From an uncultured Neglectibacter sp. (GTDB lineage: Bacteria; Bacillota; Clostridia; Oscillospirales; Acutalibacteraceae): DNA of 44,199 nt. The DNA lies in NCBI GenBank assembly GCA_904391645.1, contig CAJFMJ010000001.1, positions 1-44,199 on the forward strand, given 5' to 3'. The notes beneath the pieces are model-generated. The model was not told the DNA's origin, ran no database searches, and saw only the letters and a program-made list of their open reading frames with translations. The stretch's first letter is position 1. Each line of letters opens with the position of its first letter. Made by a program: the position numbers and the translations under genes. Below, in pieces: positions 18,488 to 27,714 of this stretch.

Positions 18488-20248
18488 TTACCGCATATGC
18501 CGGGGGGTGTACCCTCTCCGGGAACGGGTCTGTTTTTTCGGGGCGGGACGGGCCTGCTGGACACGTTCCACAGTCTGGGAGGGTTCCTCTGGGATCTCCT
18601 CCTGAGGGGCCATCTCCTGAGGGGCCGCTGCCTGCTGAGGCTTCATGCGCAACAGCCTGGCCAGGGTTGTCCCCTTGGGCAGCATCACCACGTCGTCGTA
18701 GCTGATGCCCCGGAACACCACCACACACACCGCGTACACCACAATGGCCAGCAGGATGGCCGGCACCAGCGCCAACCGGGAGCCCACCAGCTGGGAAAGG
18801 GCCCAATAGAACCCGTAGCTCACGCCGCCCATCACCGCCGCAGAAAGCACCAGGGGCAGAGCGGTCTTCACCACGCTGTCCATCTGAGGCAAGCTGCTGC
18901 GAATGGCAATGAGGTTGAGCACCACCATCACCACATAGCTCACCACCGTGCTGATGGTGGAACCTTTGGCAGCCACCTGGGGGATGCCGATGAGCACATA
19001 GGACAGCACCACTTTCACCACGCCGCCCACGGCCATGTTCACCACCGGGCGGGTGGCACGGCCAAAGGACTGCAAAATGGTGTTGGTGGTAAACAGCAGC
19101 CCGCTGAAAGCAATGGCCGCACTGAGCATGGTCAACAGCGGGGCAGCCTCCTCGGCCACCTCCGGCTGGTTGTACAGCAGCAACTGGCAGATGGGCCGGG
19201 AGAAAATGGCCATGCCCACCGAAGAGGGCACCCCGATGAGCAGCGTCACCCGCAGCGCCGTGGAGGAGATCCGATCCACCTGGCGCTTGTCCTTGGAAGC
19301 AATGGCCCCGGAGAGGATGGGCAGCAAACTGGTGGAAATGGGCACCACAAAGGCGCCGGGCAGGTCAAAGAACTTGCGGGCGTGGCCCAAGGTGCCGTTC
19401 CACCAGTCGGCCATCTCCTGGGAAAGCCCTGCGCCCTCTTGCAGCCGCTGGAGCAAAATGGCGCCGTCCACCGTGTCCAGCAGGCTCAAAAAGCAGGAAC
19501 CAATGGTGATGGGCACCGCAAACCGCACCAGGTTCACCAGCATCTGCTGGCGGGTGGTGAGGGGCGGCTCTTCCGCCCAATGCTGGCGCCTGTCGTGGCG
19601 GCCCTGGAAGAATTTGAAGCCCAGCAGGTAAATGGCCCCCAAGGCGGCGCTGACAGACACGCCCACAATGGCGCCCACCGCGGCCCAGCGGTCTGGCTCC
19701 ACTTCCACGTTCTGGATGATATAAAATGCCAGCCCCACGCCGATGATGACCTTGGTCACCGCCTCGATGGTCTGGGAGGTAGCGGTAGGCACCATGTTGG
19801 AACGTCCTTGGAAATACCCCCGCAGGGAGGACTCGATGGAGATGAAGAACAGGGTGGGAGCCAGAGCCATGATGGCATAATTGGACTTGGGGCTGCCATA
19901 CCACTGGGCGATCTGGTTGGCGCCGAAGAACATGACTAGGCACCCCAGAAGCCCCAAGCTGAAAAACAGCCAAAAGGCCACGGAGAACACCCGGTCACCC
20001 TCCCGGCGGCGGCCCTGGGAATAGGCGGTGCCCACCATCCGGGACACGGCCACCGGCAGCCCGGCCGTGGAGAGCATCAAAAACAGCCCAAAGATGTTGT
20101 AGGCGTTGTAAAAGTGGGACATCCCCTCAGGGTCGATGAAGTTGGCCAGGGGGATGGAAAAAAGCAGCCCCAGCATTTTGACAATCAAAGTGGAGGCGGA
20201 TAGGATGGCCGCCCCCTTCATAAAGCTCTGTTTTTTATCCTGCGCCAT
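18488..20248 (-). CDS. MOP-family flippase / polysaccharide biosynthesis protein (YtgP/MurJ/SpoVB-like)
   Basis: SFMKGAAIL, STAGLPVAVS, RGYFQG, PTATSQTIE; about 14 TM segments and a disordered C-terminal tail. Confidence 0.88.
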   Translation of the reverse strand: MAQDKKQSFMKGAAILSASTLIVKMLGLLFSIPLANFIDPEGMSHFYNAYNIFGLFLMLSTAGLPVAVSRMVGTAYSQGRRREGDRVFSVAFWLFFSLGLLGCLVMFFGANQIAQWYGSPKSNYAIMALAPTLFFISIESSLRGYFQGRSNMVPTATSQTIEAVTKVIIGVGLAFYIIQNVEVEPDRWAAVGAIVGVSVSAALGAIYLLGFKFFQGRHDRRQHWAEEPPLTTRQQMLVNLVRFAVPITIGSCFLSLLDTVDGAILLQRLQEGAGLSQEMADWWNGTLGHARKFFDLPGAFVVPISTSLLPILSGAIASKDKRQVDRISSTALRVTLLIGVPSSVGMAIFSRPICQLLLYNQPEVAEEAAPLLTMLSAAIAFSGLLFTTNTILQSFGRATRPVVNMAVGGVVKVVLSYVLIGIPQVAAKGSTISTVVSYVVMVVLNLIAIRSSLPQMDSVVKTALPLVLSAAVMGGVSYGFYWALSQLVGSRLALVPAILLAIVVYAVCVVVFRGISYDDVVMLPKGTTLARLLRMKPQQAAAPQEMAPQEEIPEEPSQTVERVQQARPAPKKQTRSRRGYTPRHMR

Positions 20249-20370
20249 AAGCTCTCCCTTGCAGAACGGCGGCCAAACCTGCCGCCGGAATTTCAAGCAA
20301 TATATAGGTGTATTCTACCCCAAAATCAGGGAAAGGTCAACGCCGCCCTGGCAAAAATTGGTGTTCTGCC

Positions 20371-21429
20371 TCACAGGCCCATGGCCGGGAAAAAGGCCTT
20401 AAAAGCCGAGGGCAGGGCGTACTCCCGCCGCAGCTCTTCCCGGGTGACCCAAACAAACCCGGGCACCTCTTCCACGTTTTGGGCCACCCAGCTGCCCATG
20501 TGCCACTCCACATGGGAAAACACGTGCTTTGCCTCAGGCCCGGGGGAAAGCTCCCCCACCGGCACCCCCTGGGCGGCAAGCCAAGCGGCCGCCTCCTCCC
20601 GGGAGAGGGCGCCCTCCGTCCCGGGGAGTTCCCACAGCCCGGCCAGTAGCCCTTGTTCCGGCCGGCGGCGCAGCGCCACCCGCCCCTCTTGGGAAAAGAG
20701 CAAAAACAGGGTGCGGGCCTGTTTTTTCCGGGGCTTTGGCTTTGTCTTCACCGGCAGCTCTTCCGCCACGCCCTGGGCATAGCCCCGGCACAGGTTCCGG
20801 AGGGGGCAAACCAGGCATTTGGGCGGGCCCCCGGGCAAGCACACCATGGCCCCCAGCTCCATCAGGGACTGGTTGAAATCCCCCACCCGCTGGGGCAAAA
20901 TCTCCCGGATCTCCCCTTCCATGCGGCGCTTCACCTTGGGGTCCAGGATGTTGTCAAAACGAGCCAGCACCCGGGAGATCACCCGCAGCACGTTGCCGTC
21001 CACCGCCGGCACCGGCAGCTGGAAGGCGATGGAGGCAATAGCCCCTGCTGTATACTCCCCAATGCCGGGCAAGGCCCGCAGCTCCTCAAAGGAAGCCGGC
21101 ACCTGGCCGCCATAGCGCTCCACCACCACCTGGGCCGCCCGCTGCAAGTTTCGGACCCGGTTGTAGTACCCCAGGCCCTCCCACATTTTCAGCAGCTTGT
21201 CCTCAGGGGCTGCCGCTAAGGCCTCCACCGTGGGGAAGGCCTCTAAAAACCGCTGGTAAAAGGGTTTGACCGCTTCCACCCGGGTCTGCTGCAGCATGAT
21301 CTCCGACACCCACACCCGATACGGGGTGGGATCTTCCCGCCAAGGCAGCACCCTGGCGCTGCTGTCATACCACTGCAGCAGCAGCGGCGGGATTTGTTTC
21401 AACAGCTCTTGGTCCTCCAAGAGGGCCAC
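20371..21429 (-). CDS. mutY: A/G-specific adenine glycosylase
   Basis: WVSEIMLQQT, GLGYY, HhH LPGIGEYTA, VDGNV, 4Fe-4S cysteines CLPGGPPKCLVCPLRNLC, NUDIX-like C-terminus. Start is GTG 21429 or TTG 21420. Confidence 0.96.
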   Translation of the reverse strand: MALLEDQELLKQIPPLLLQWYDSSARVLPWREDPTPYRVWVSEIMLQQTRVEAVKPFYQRFLEAFPTVEALAAAPEDKLLKMWEGLGYYNRVRNLQRAAQVVVERYGGQVPASFEELRALPGIGEYTAGAIASIAFQLPVPAVDGNVLRVISRVLARFDNILDPKVKRRMEGEIREILPQRVGDFNQSLMELGAMVCLPGGPPKCLVCPLRNLCRGYAQGVAEELPVKTKPKPRKKQARTLFLLFSQEGRVALRRRPEQGLLAGLWELPGTEGALSREEAAAWLAAQGVPVGELSPGPEAKHVFSHVEWHMGSWVAQNVEEVPGFVWVTREELRREYALPSAFKAFFPAMGL

Positions 21430-21566
21430 CTCCTTTGCTCCCTTTCTTTCCTATTTTGCCCCACCTGCGTGGCGTTTTACGCCGGGGCAAAACGCCCAAC
21501 CGTAGAGCTTTCCCGGCGGGCGGGGGCGTATCTTGGTAATTGTACCACAAACCTCCTACAAGCGTC

Positions 21567-21610
21567 AAAAGCGGGAGAGCCGCAGCCAAACTGCCGCGAC
21601 TCTCCCGCTC
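21567..21610 (-). terminator. terminator after the esterase gene
   Basis: Minus strand AGCGGGAGAGTCGCGGCAG..GCTGCGGCTCTCCCGCTTTT. Confidence 0.7.
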
Positions 21611-21637
21611 ACATTCGATGGGATTAGAAAAAAGGGC

Positions 21638-22558
21638 TTACACGGCCAACCAGGCCTTGAAAAACCGGATCACCAGCTGGATGACTTCCTCGTTCCACAT
21701 GAAGGTACCATGGCCGGCACCCACCACCTTGTAGAACTCCACCCTGTGCTCCGTTTCCAAAAGCTTTTGGGCGGTGAGGACGCTTTGGTTAAAGGGCACC
21801 ATGGGATCCTCGTCCCCGTGGGCAATGAGGAAGGGAGGCAGGGGCTTGTCCTTTTCAATGTAGTTCAAAGGGTTGCCGGGCTGGGCAATCTCCGGATGGT
21901 CAATGACGCAGCCCCCAAAGAGGATATCCTCAGGGATTTTCGATTTGTCCGCAGTAAACTGGGGGTCCCGGGGGCCGTCGTTGATGCGGGTCACATCGCT
22001 GGGGCCGTAGAAATCCACCACAGCCTGCACTGCGTCGGAAAACTCATGGTTGTCCTCGGTTTTAAACTCCTCCATGTCCCCGGTGACGCCCACCATCTGG
22101 GCGGCGTGGCCGCCGGAGGAATCCCCCCAAATGCCCACCTGGTTGGGGTCGATGTGGAACTGTTCCGCATTGGCCCGCAGAAACCGGATGGCGGATTTCA
22201 CATCCTGCAAAAAGCCGGGGAACTGCGCCTGGGAAGAGGGACGGTGCTTCACGCTGGCCACCACGAACCCAGCCCGGGCCAGGGACACCAGCTGGGGAAT
22301 GCTGCCGTAAACGTACTGCTCCCCCCAGGCGGAACCCTGTACATACACCACCAGCGGGTACCGCAGGGTGGAGGGCTGGCCCGGGAACAACCCGCCGGGC
22401 ATGAGCAGCTGCAGGTGCAGGGGCTGGCCGTCCCGCTGGACATACTCCACATCTTTCAAATAGTTCACCTGGTAGGAGCTGCTCCGGTCCGCCAGGATGG
22501 TATGCATCCCCGGCAAAATGGTGGGGTCACCCGGTACAACGCGCTTGTATTCAAACAT
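21638..22558 (-). CDS. alpha/beta hydrolase (acetyl/feruloyl esterase-like)
   Basis: Oxyanion QGSAW, nucleophile GDSSGG, HGDED, AGHG. GGGAGG RBS. Confidence 0.88.
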   Translation of the reverse strand: MFEYKRVVPGDPTILPGMHTILADRSSSYQVNYLKDVEYVQRDGQPLHLQLLMPGGLFPGQPSTLRYPLVVYVQGSAWGEQYVYGSIPQLVSLARAGFVVASVKHRPSSQAQFPGFLQDVKSAIRFLRANAEQFHIDPNQVGIWGDSSGGHAAQMVGVTGDMEEFKTEDNHEFSDAVQAVVDFYGPSDVTRINDGPRDPQFTADKSKIPEDILFGGCVIDHPEIAQPGNPLNYIEKDKPLPPFLIAHGDEDPMVPFNQSVLTAQKLLETEHRVEFYKVVGAGHGTFMWNEEVIQLVIRFFKAWLAV

Positions 22559-22721
22559 TTTTGAGAGGCCTCCCTTATGGTTTTTTAGATAGTTTATAAA
22601 AAATTTTATCATATTCCTCTTGTGAATACAATCCCCGCACCCTGTGGATTTCTGGTTGAAGAAACTAAATTTCTATGGTATTATGTTATTATTCTATTTG
22701 AGTTATTGGGAGGCTGTTTCT

Positions 22722-23678
22722 ATGTCTGCATCCGTTTTGCAAATCATTGAGAACGCCATGAACAACTGGCAGCCGCCGGAAGTCCCGGAGGACATCCCCC
22801 AGGGGGATATGCCAGGCGACAAAGTGTGGATTGGGCCCCAATCCATCGAAAAGGCCACGGTGGCTTTCCAGGCTGTGCTGCCCATGCTGAAAGAGGCCCT
22901 GGCGGCCAACCCCGCCCACAAGGCCGTGATCTCCGTATCCGGCGGCAGCGGCGTGATGAAGACCTGCGTTTCCGCCCTGCTGACCTACTACTTAAACCAG
23001 CTGGGCGTGGGCGCCTACACCATGTCCGGGGACAACTACCCCCGGCGGATCCCCGTGCAGAATGATGCCGAGCGGATGCGCATTTTCCGTCTGGGGGGCG
23101 TCCGGGGGATGCTCCAAGAGGGCGTGTACAACCCCGAAAACGCCGCCACGTTGAAGGAGCTTCAGCTGGCCGACACCGACTCGGAGCCCAAAATGGTGGA
23201 GGAGCACCCCTGGCTGGCTGCCTACCAGAAAGCTGGCCGGGAAGCCCTCAGCGGCTACCTGGGCACCGACCTGGAGCAGGAGTATGACCAGCTGGAAAAT
23301 GTGCTGACCCAGTTCAAGGCCGGCCAGGAGAAGATCTGGCTCAAGCGCCTGGGCAACGGGGACACCGACCTGTGGTACGACGAGAAGGATTTCTCCCAGA
23401 TCGATGTGCTGGTGCTGGAGTGGACCCACGGCAACTCCGGCAAATTTGAAGGGGTGGACATCCCCATCCTCCTGTCCAGCACCCCGGCGGAAACCCGGGA
23501 ATACCGGCTGGCCCGGGGCCGCAACGCCAACGCGGACACCGCTTTCATCACCATGGTCATCGAGCTGGAGCAGAAGACCTTGGAAGCCCGGGCCCACGCG
23601 GCAAAAGTGATCGTGTCCAAATCTTGCAAGCTGTTGACCTATGACGAATACAAGCAGCAGATGGCTGCAGGCAGGTGA
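22722..23678 (+). CDS. P-loop kinase (nucleoside/adenylylsulfate kinase-like fold), putative sucrose kinase
   Basis: GGSGVMKT P-loop (non-canonical), SGDNYP, VLVLEWTH, RLARGR lid. Its stop is coupled to the downstream phosphorylase. Confidence 0.7.
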   Translation: MSASVLQIIENAMNNWQPPEVPEDIPQGDMPGDKVWIGPQSIEKATVAFQAVLPMLKEALAANPAHKAVISVSGGSGVMKTCVSALLTYYLNQLGVGAYTMSGDNYPRRIPVQNDAERMRIFRLGGVRGMLQEGVYNPENAATLKELQLADTDSEPKMVEEHPWLAAYQKAGREALSGYLGTDLEQEYDQLENVLTQFKAGQEKIWLKRLGNGDTDLWYDEKDFSQIDVLVLEWTHGNSGKFEGVDIPILLSSTPAETREYRLARGRNANADTAFITMVIELEQKTLEARAHAAKVIVSKSCKLLTYDEYKQQMAAGR

Positions 23679-23683
23679 ATGCT

Positions 23684-25222
23684 ATGGAAAAAATCAATTT
23701 CGGACCCATGCTCAACGCCTATCCCGACAGTTTGGGCGGCACCCTCTCCGACGCAGTGGAGCTTTTGAAAGACGAACCTGTGAAGGGGGCATTCTCCTCC
23801 TTCTACATCCTGCCCAGCCTGTTCAACACAGACCTGGACCGGGGCTTCTCCGTGATCGATTACGGCATCAACGGCGTGATCGCCAAAGAGGAGGACCTCT
23901 CTGCCTTGCAAGCCATGGGCGTGGATTTAAAGCTGGATATCATCCTGAACCATATGTCCGTACAGTCCCCCCAGTTCCAGGACCTGCTCCAAAAGGGCGA
24001 CGCCTCGGAGTATAAGGACTTCTTCATCGACTGGAACAAGTTCTGGGAAGGCTGCGGCGACATCGACGAAGAGGGCGTCCTGGTCCCCCGGCAGGAGTAC
24101 ATCAAGGATATGTTCTTCCGCAAGCCCGGCCTGCCCGTGCTGGTGGTGGAGTTTGCCGACGGCACCAAAAAGCCCTACTGGAACACCTTCTACCAGCAGG
24201 TGGACGTGGACGAGAACGGCCAGAAGCACTACCTGGGCCAGATGGACCTGAACATCAACTCCCCCCTGGTGAAGGAGTTCTATCAGCAGACGCTAAAGAC
24301 CCTGGCAGGCTACGGCGCCAAGATCGTCCGTCTGGACGCCTTTGCCTATGCCCCCAAGGAAGTGGGCGCCAAGAACTTCCTCAACGACCCCGGCACCTGG
24401 GATTTCCTCCAGGAGCTCACCGACATGGCCCAGCCCTACGGCATGGCCCTGCTGCCGGAGATCCACGCCAGCTACGAAGAGGGCATCTACCGGGTCATCG
24501 GGGACAAGGGGTACATGGTGTACGACTTCTTCCTGCCCGGCCTGCTGCTGGACGCTTTCGAGCAGAAGTCCGGCCAGGTGCTGGCACAGTGGGCCAACGA
24601 GATCCTGTCCACCGGGATGCAGACGGTGAATATGCTGGGCTGCCACGACGGCATCCCGGTGCTGGACCTGAAGGGCTTGCTGCCTGAGGAGCGCATCCAG
24701 GGCCTGATCGACACCTTGGTGAAGCGGGGCGGCTTTGTGAAGGACCTCCACGGCGCCAAGAACGTCTACTACCAGGTGAACGCCACCTATTACAGCGCCC
24801 TGGGTGAGGACGACCGCCGGATGCTGCTGGCCCGCGCCCTGCAGCTGTTCATGCCCGGCAAGCCCCAGGTGTGGTACCTGGACCTGTTCGCCGGCAAGAA
24901 CGACTACGAAGCCATGGAGCGCGCCGGCGCCGGCGGCCACAAGGAGATCAACCGCACCAACCTCTCCAAAGAGGCCATGGCCGAAGGCCTGCAAAAGCCT
25001 GTGGTCCAGGAGCAGTTGAAGCTGCTGAAAGCCCGCGCCGCCTACCCGGTGTTCGACAGCGAAGCCAAGATCACCGTTTCCGCCGAGGGCTCTCAGATGC
25101 ACTTTGCCTGGGAGTACGCCGGACAGAAAGCCCAGCTGGACGCCGATCTGGCCACCTGCGGTTTTGTGGCCACCATCACCGACCAGGCCACCGGCGAAGA
25201 GCTCTTCAAAATGGAACAGTAA
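23684..25222 (+). CDS. GH13_18 glycoside phosphorylase (putative sucrose 6F-phosphate phosphorylase)
   Basis: NAYPDSLG, DRGFS, LNHMS, YWNTF, QMDLN, RLDAF (nucleophile), LPEIH (acid/base), YDFFLP, CHDGI, KNVYYQVNATYYSA, EINR. Confidence 0.88.
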   Translation: MEKINFGPMLNAYPDSLGGTLSDAVELLKDEPVKGAFSSFYILPSLFNTDLDRGFSVIDYGINGVIAKEEDLSALQAMGVDLKLDIILNHMSVQSPQFQDLLQKGDASEYKDFFIDWNKFWEGCGDIDEEGVLVPRQEYIKDMFFRKPGLPVLVVEFADGTKKPYWNTFYQQVDVDENGQKHYLGQMDLNINSPLVKEFYQQTLKTLAGYGAKIVRLDAFAYAPKEVGAKNFLNDPGTWDFLQELTDMAQPYGMALLPEIHASYEEGIYRVIGDKGYMVYDFFLPGLLLDAFEQKSGQVLAQWANEILSTGMQTVNMLGCHDGIPVLDLKGLLPEERIQGLIDTLVKRGGFVKDLHGAKNVYYQVNATYYSALGEDDRRMLLARALQLFMPGKPQVWYLDLFAGKNDYEAMERAGAGGHKEINRTNLSKEAMAEGLQKPVVQEQLKLLKARAAYPVFDSEAKITVSAEGSQMHFAWEYAGQKAQLDADLATCGFVATITDQATGEELFKMEQ

Positions 25223-25232
25223 ACAGCCTTTT

Positions 25233-25262
25233 CAAAAGGGCGCCTTCGGGCGCCCTTTTTTG
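25233..25262 (+). terminator. terminator after the phosphorylase
   Basis: AAAAGGGCGCC-TTCG-GGCGCCCTTTTTT. Confidence 0.85.
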
Positions 25263-25382
25263 TTGGGCGTCCCGCCCACCCAATGCCCTGTCATCTAAAC
25301 AAGAACCCCCGGAGAGGCGCGCTCTCTGGGGGTTCTCTTTCTGGGGCGCCACGGACAGCGCATCCCACGATTTTGTTCTCGT

Positions 25383-27446
25383 TTACCTTTGCACCCGGTA
25401 GACCTTGGTTTCGTAGCTTCCCAGAACCACCGGCCCTTGGGCTGCACATCGGTTGTCCAGGTCCACCATGGGCTGCTTCAATACCAGCTCTTGAGTCTCT
25501 TTGCTGTAGTTGAGTACAAACAGGTATTCTTCTCCCTCTTTCCGGCGCAGGGCAATTTCGCAAGCCGCCGGGATCTGGGCCAATCCCTCAAAGGGTTCCC
25601 GGATGCCGGTGTACTCCAGCAGGGCATCCACCAACTCCCGGGTGAAGGTGCCCCCAAAGTGGAGCACTTTCCCTTCCCCTGCCTTGGTTTCCACCAGGGC
25701 GGGCTCCCCAGCATAATAGGCGCTGCCGCTGTAACGGGCCAGGACTTTGGCGTCTTCCCCCATTACCTCCAGCACGTCGTTGAACACGCCGGTGGGCAGC
25801 AAATGGCCTTCCCACTCCATGGGCACCGGGTCGTCCCCCGGCCCAAGAAGGGTGAACTCCTTCACCGCCGTCTGGGTCAAGTCCGCCAGCAACCCGGGCA
25901 TGGGCCGCATGACGCACTGGCCATGGACTTCTTTCTGGCCGGTGCGGGCGCCCAGGACCAGGGTGCCCCCCGCCCGGACATAGGCTTCCAGCAGCTGGGC
26001 ACGCTGGGAGGTGAGGATCTCCCCGTGGGGGTAGATCAGCACAGGATAGGCCAGCAGCTCCTCCAGGGTGGTGGTTTCCGTCAGGTACACTGCGTCCAAG
26101 GGGGTGTGGGCCAGCTGGGCTGCCACAAAGATCTCCGTTTCGCTGGGGGTGGACACCCGCCGGTGCCAGTTGTCCACTTTCACGTCAAACACGTTGTCAT
26201 AGTCCTTTAAAAGCCCCAGGGGCGCCACATAGTCCGCGCCAGCCACCTCCTGGATGGCCTCCACCCGGGCGTGAAGCCGCCGCAGCTCCGCCAGCTTCCG
26301 GTTGGGCCGGTTGTCGTAGTCCAGCAGGCCGTGCCAGTACATCTCCGTGCCGAACACCGCCGTGCGCCAGCGGAAAAAGCTGACGTAGTCCGCGCCGTTG
26401 GCAATGCTCTGCATGGCCCACAGCATCATCTGGCCGGGCTTGGGCACCGGGGCCTCCATACGGTTGTTCCAGCCGCCCGCCCCGGACTGCTGCTCCATAA
26501 TGCCGAAGTGGGGGCAGATGGACCGCACTTCCATCAGGTTGCGGCTCCACTTCCGGTCCTTGAGGTTCCTGTCATGCTTGGGGTCGGCGTCCACGTCGTA
26601 GGCAAAGTTGGGGTAGCTGTCGTAGGTGTACACATCCAGGCACTCCCGGGCCATGCGATGGTTGTCCAGGCTGGGGAACAGCCCGTTGGTGGTGATAAAG
26701 TCCCCGGGCTTCCGATACTTTACCAGGATGTCCCGCTGCATCCGGCAGAACCGGATGGCGCTCTCCGACACAAACCGTAGGTAGTCCAAATGCTGGTGGG
26801 GGTTGGTGCCGTCATAGATGGTGGGCCGGGGCACGTACACCTGCTCCCAGGCGGTGTAGGTCTGGTTCCAGAACAGGGTGCCCCAAGCCTTGTTCAGCTC
26901 CTCCAAGGTGCCGTATTTCTCCTGAAGGAACTCCCGGAAGGCCAGGGTATCGCTTTCGGAATAAAACTCATCCGTTTCGCAGTTGAGCTCGTTGTCGATC
27001 TGCCAGCCCACAATGCAGGAACGCTTTCCGTAGTGCTGCCCCAGCTGCTCCACGATCCGGCAGGACAGCTGCTGGTAGATCTTGGAGTTGTAGTTGTAGT
27101 GGCGGCGCATCCCGTGGCGGTACAGGGTGCCGTCCCGGCGGGCATTGAGCACCTCCGGGTAGCGCTCCGTCAGCCAGGCGGGCGGGGTGGCGGTGGGGGT
27201 GCCGAAGATCACCTTCATCCCCTTTTTCTCCACCAGGTCGAAAAACCCATCCCAAAAGTCAAAGGTGAACACGCCCTCCTCCGGCTCGGTGAGGTTCCAG
27301 GCAAATTCCCCCACCCGGATGGTGGTGATACCGTGTTCCAGCATCCTCTCCAGGTCCTGCTCCCACAAAGACTTGTCCCAATGCTCGGGATAGTAACAGG
27401 TGCCCAGCTCCAGCTTCTTCCACTGGAAAGTTTGTTGCTGACCCAT
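25383..27446 (-). CDS. beta-galactosidase (GH42)
   Basis: YYPEHW, GEFAW, TPTATPPAW, WQIDNE (acid/base), WGTLFW, MEQQ (nucleophile), FRWR, trimerisation domain. GGAGGAGG RBS. Confidence 0.95.
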   Translation of the reverse strand: MGQQQTFQWKKLELGTCYYPEHWDKSLWEQDLERMLEHGITTIRVGEFAWNLTEPEEGVFTFDFWDGFFDLVEKKGMKVIFGTPTATPPAWLTERYPEVLNARRDGTLYRHGMRRHYNYNSKIYQQLSCRIVEQLGQHYGKRSCIVGWQIDNELNCETDEFYSESDTLAFREFLQEKYGTLEELNKAWGTLFWNQTYTAWEQVYVPRPTIYDGTNPHQHLDYLRFVSESAIRFCRMQRDILVKYRKPGDFITTNGLFPSLDNHRMARECLDVYTYDSYPNFAYDVDADPKHDRNLKDRKWSRNLMEVRSICPHFGIMEQQSGAGGWNNRMEAPVPKPGQMMLWAMQSIANGADYVSFFRWRTAVFGTEMYWHGLLDYDNRPNRKLAELRRLHARVEAIQEVAGADYVAPLGLLKDYDNVFDVKVDNWHRRVSTPSETEIFVAAQLAHTPLDAVYLTETTTLEELLAYPVLIYPHGEILTSQRAQLLEAYVRAGGTLVLGARTGQKEVHGQCVMRPMPGLLADLTQTAVKEFTLLGPGDDPVPMEWEGHLLPTGVFNDVLEVMGEDAKVLARYSGSAYYAGEPALVETKAGEGKVLHFGGTFTRELVDALLEYTGIREPFEGLAQIPAACEIALRRKEGEEYLFVLNYSKETQELVLKQPMVDLDNRCAAQGPVVLGSYETKVYRVQR

Positions 27447-27714
27447 AACGTCCTCCTCCCGGCCCCAAAGGGCCAAGGTTTTTTCATTTTTCCCCATTAT
27501 AGCAGAGGCACTTGCGCAAAGCAAGGGATAAGCTTTTATTTGTACGTACAATTTTCTTTAAAAAAATTTATACATCTTCGGGCATTTCTTCCTGGTCTTA
27601 GGAGAGGATTTCTGATATACTAAATATAAAAGACCACTATTTCTGCTTGCAACTGTCTTGTTGGGACAGCTCCCGGGTCAGCGGGAAAATCCAAACCGAA
27701 AGCGAAGTGTATGA

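Noticed and set aside
18597-18627. Tandem repeat CTCCTGAGGGGC x2
   Set aside because: Encodes APQE twice in a disordered C-terminal tail; an ordinary local duplication.
27625-27714. Possible riboswitch upstream of the DUF1538 gene
   Set aside because: Only a short hairpin (CTGTCTT..GGGACAG); no terminator and no recognisable aptamer consensus.
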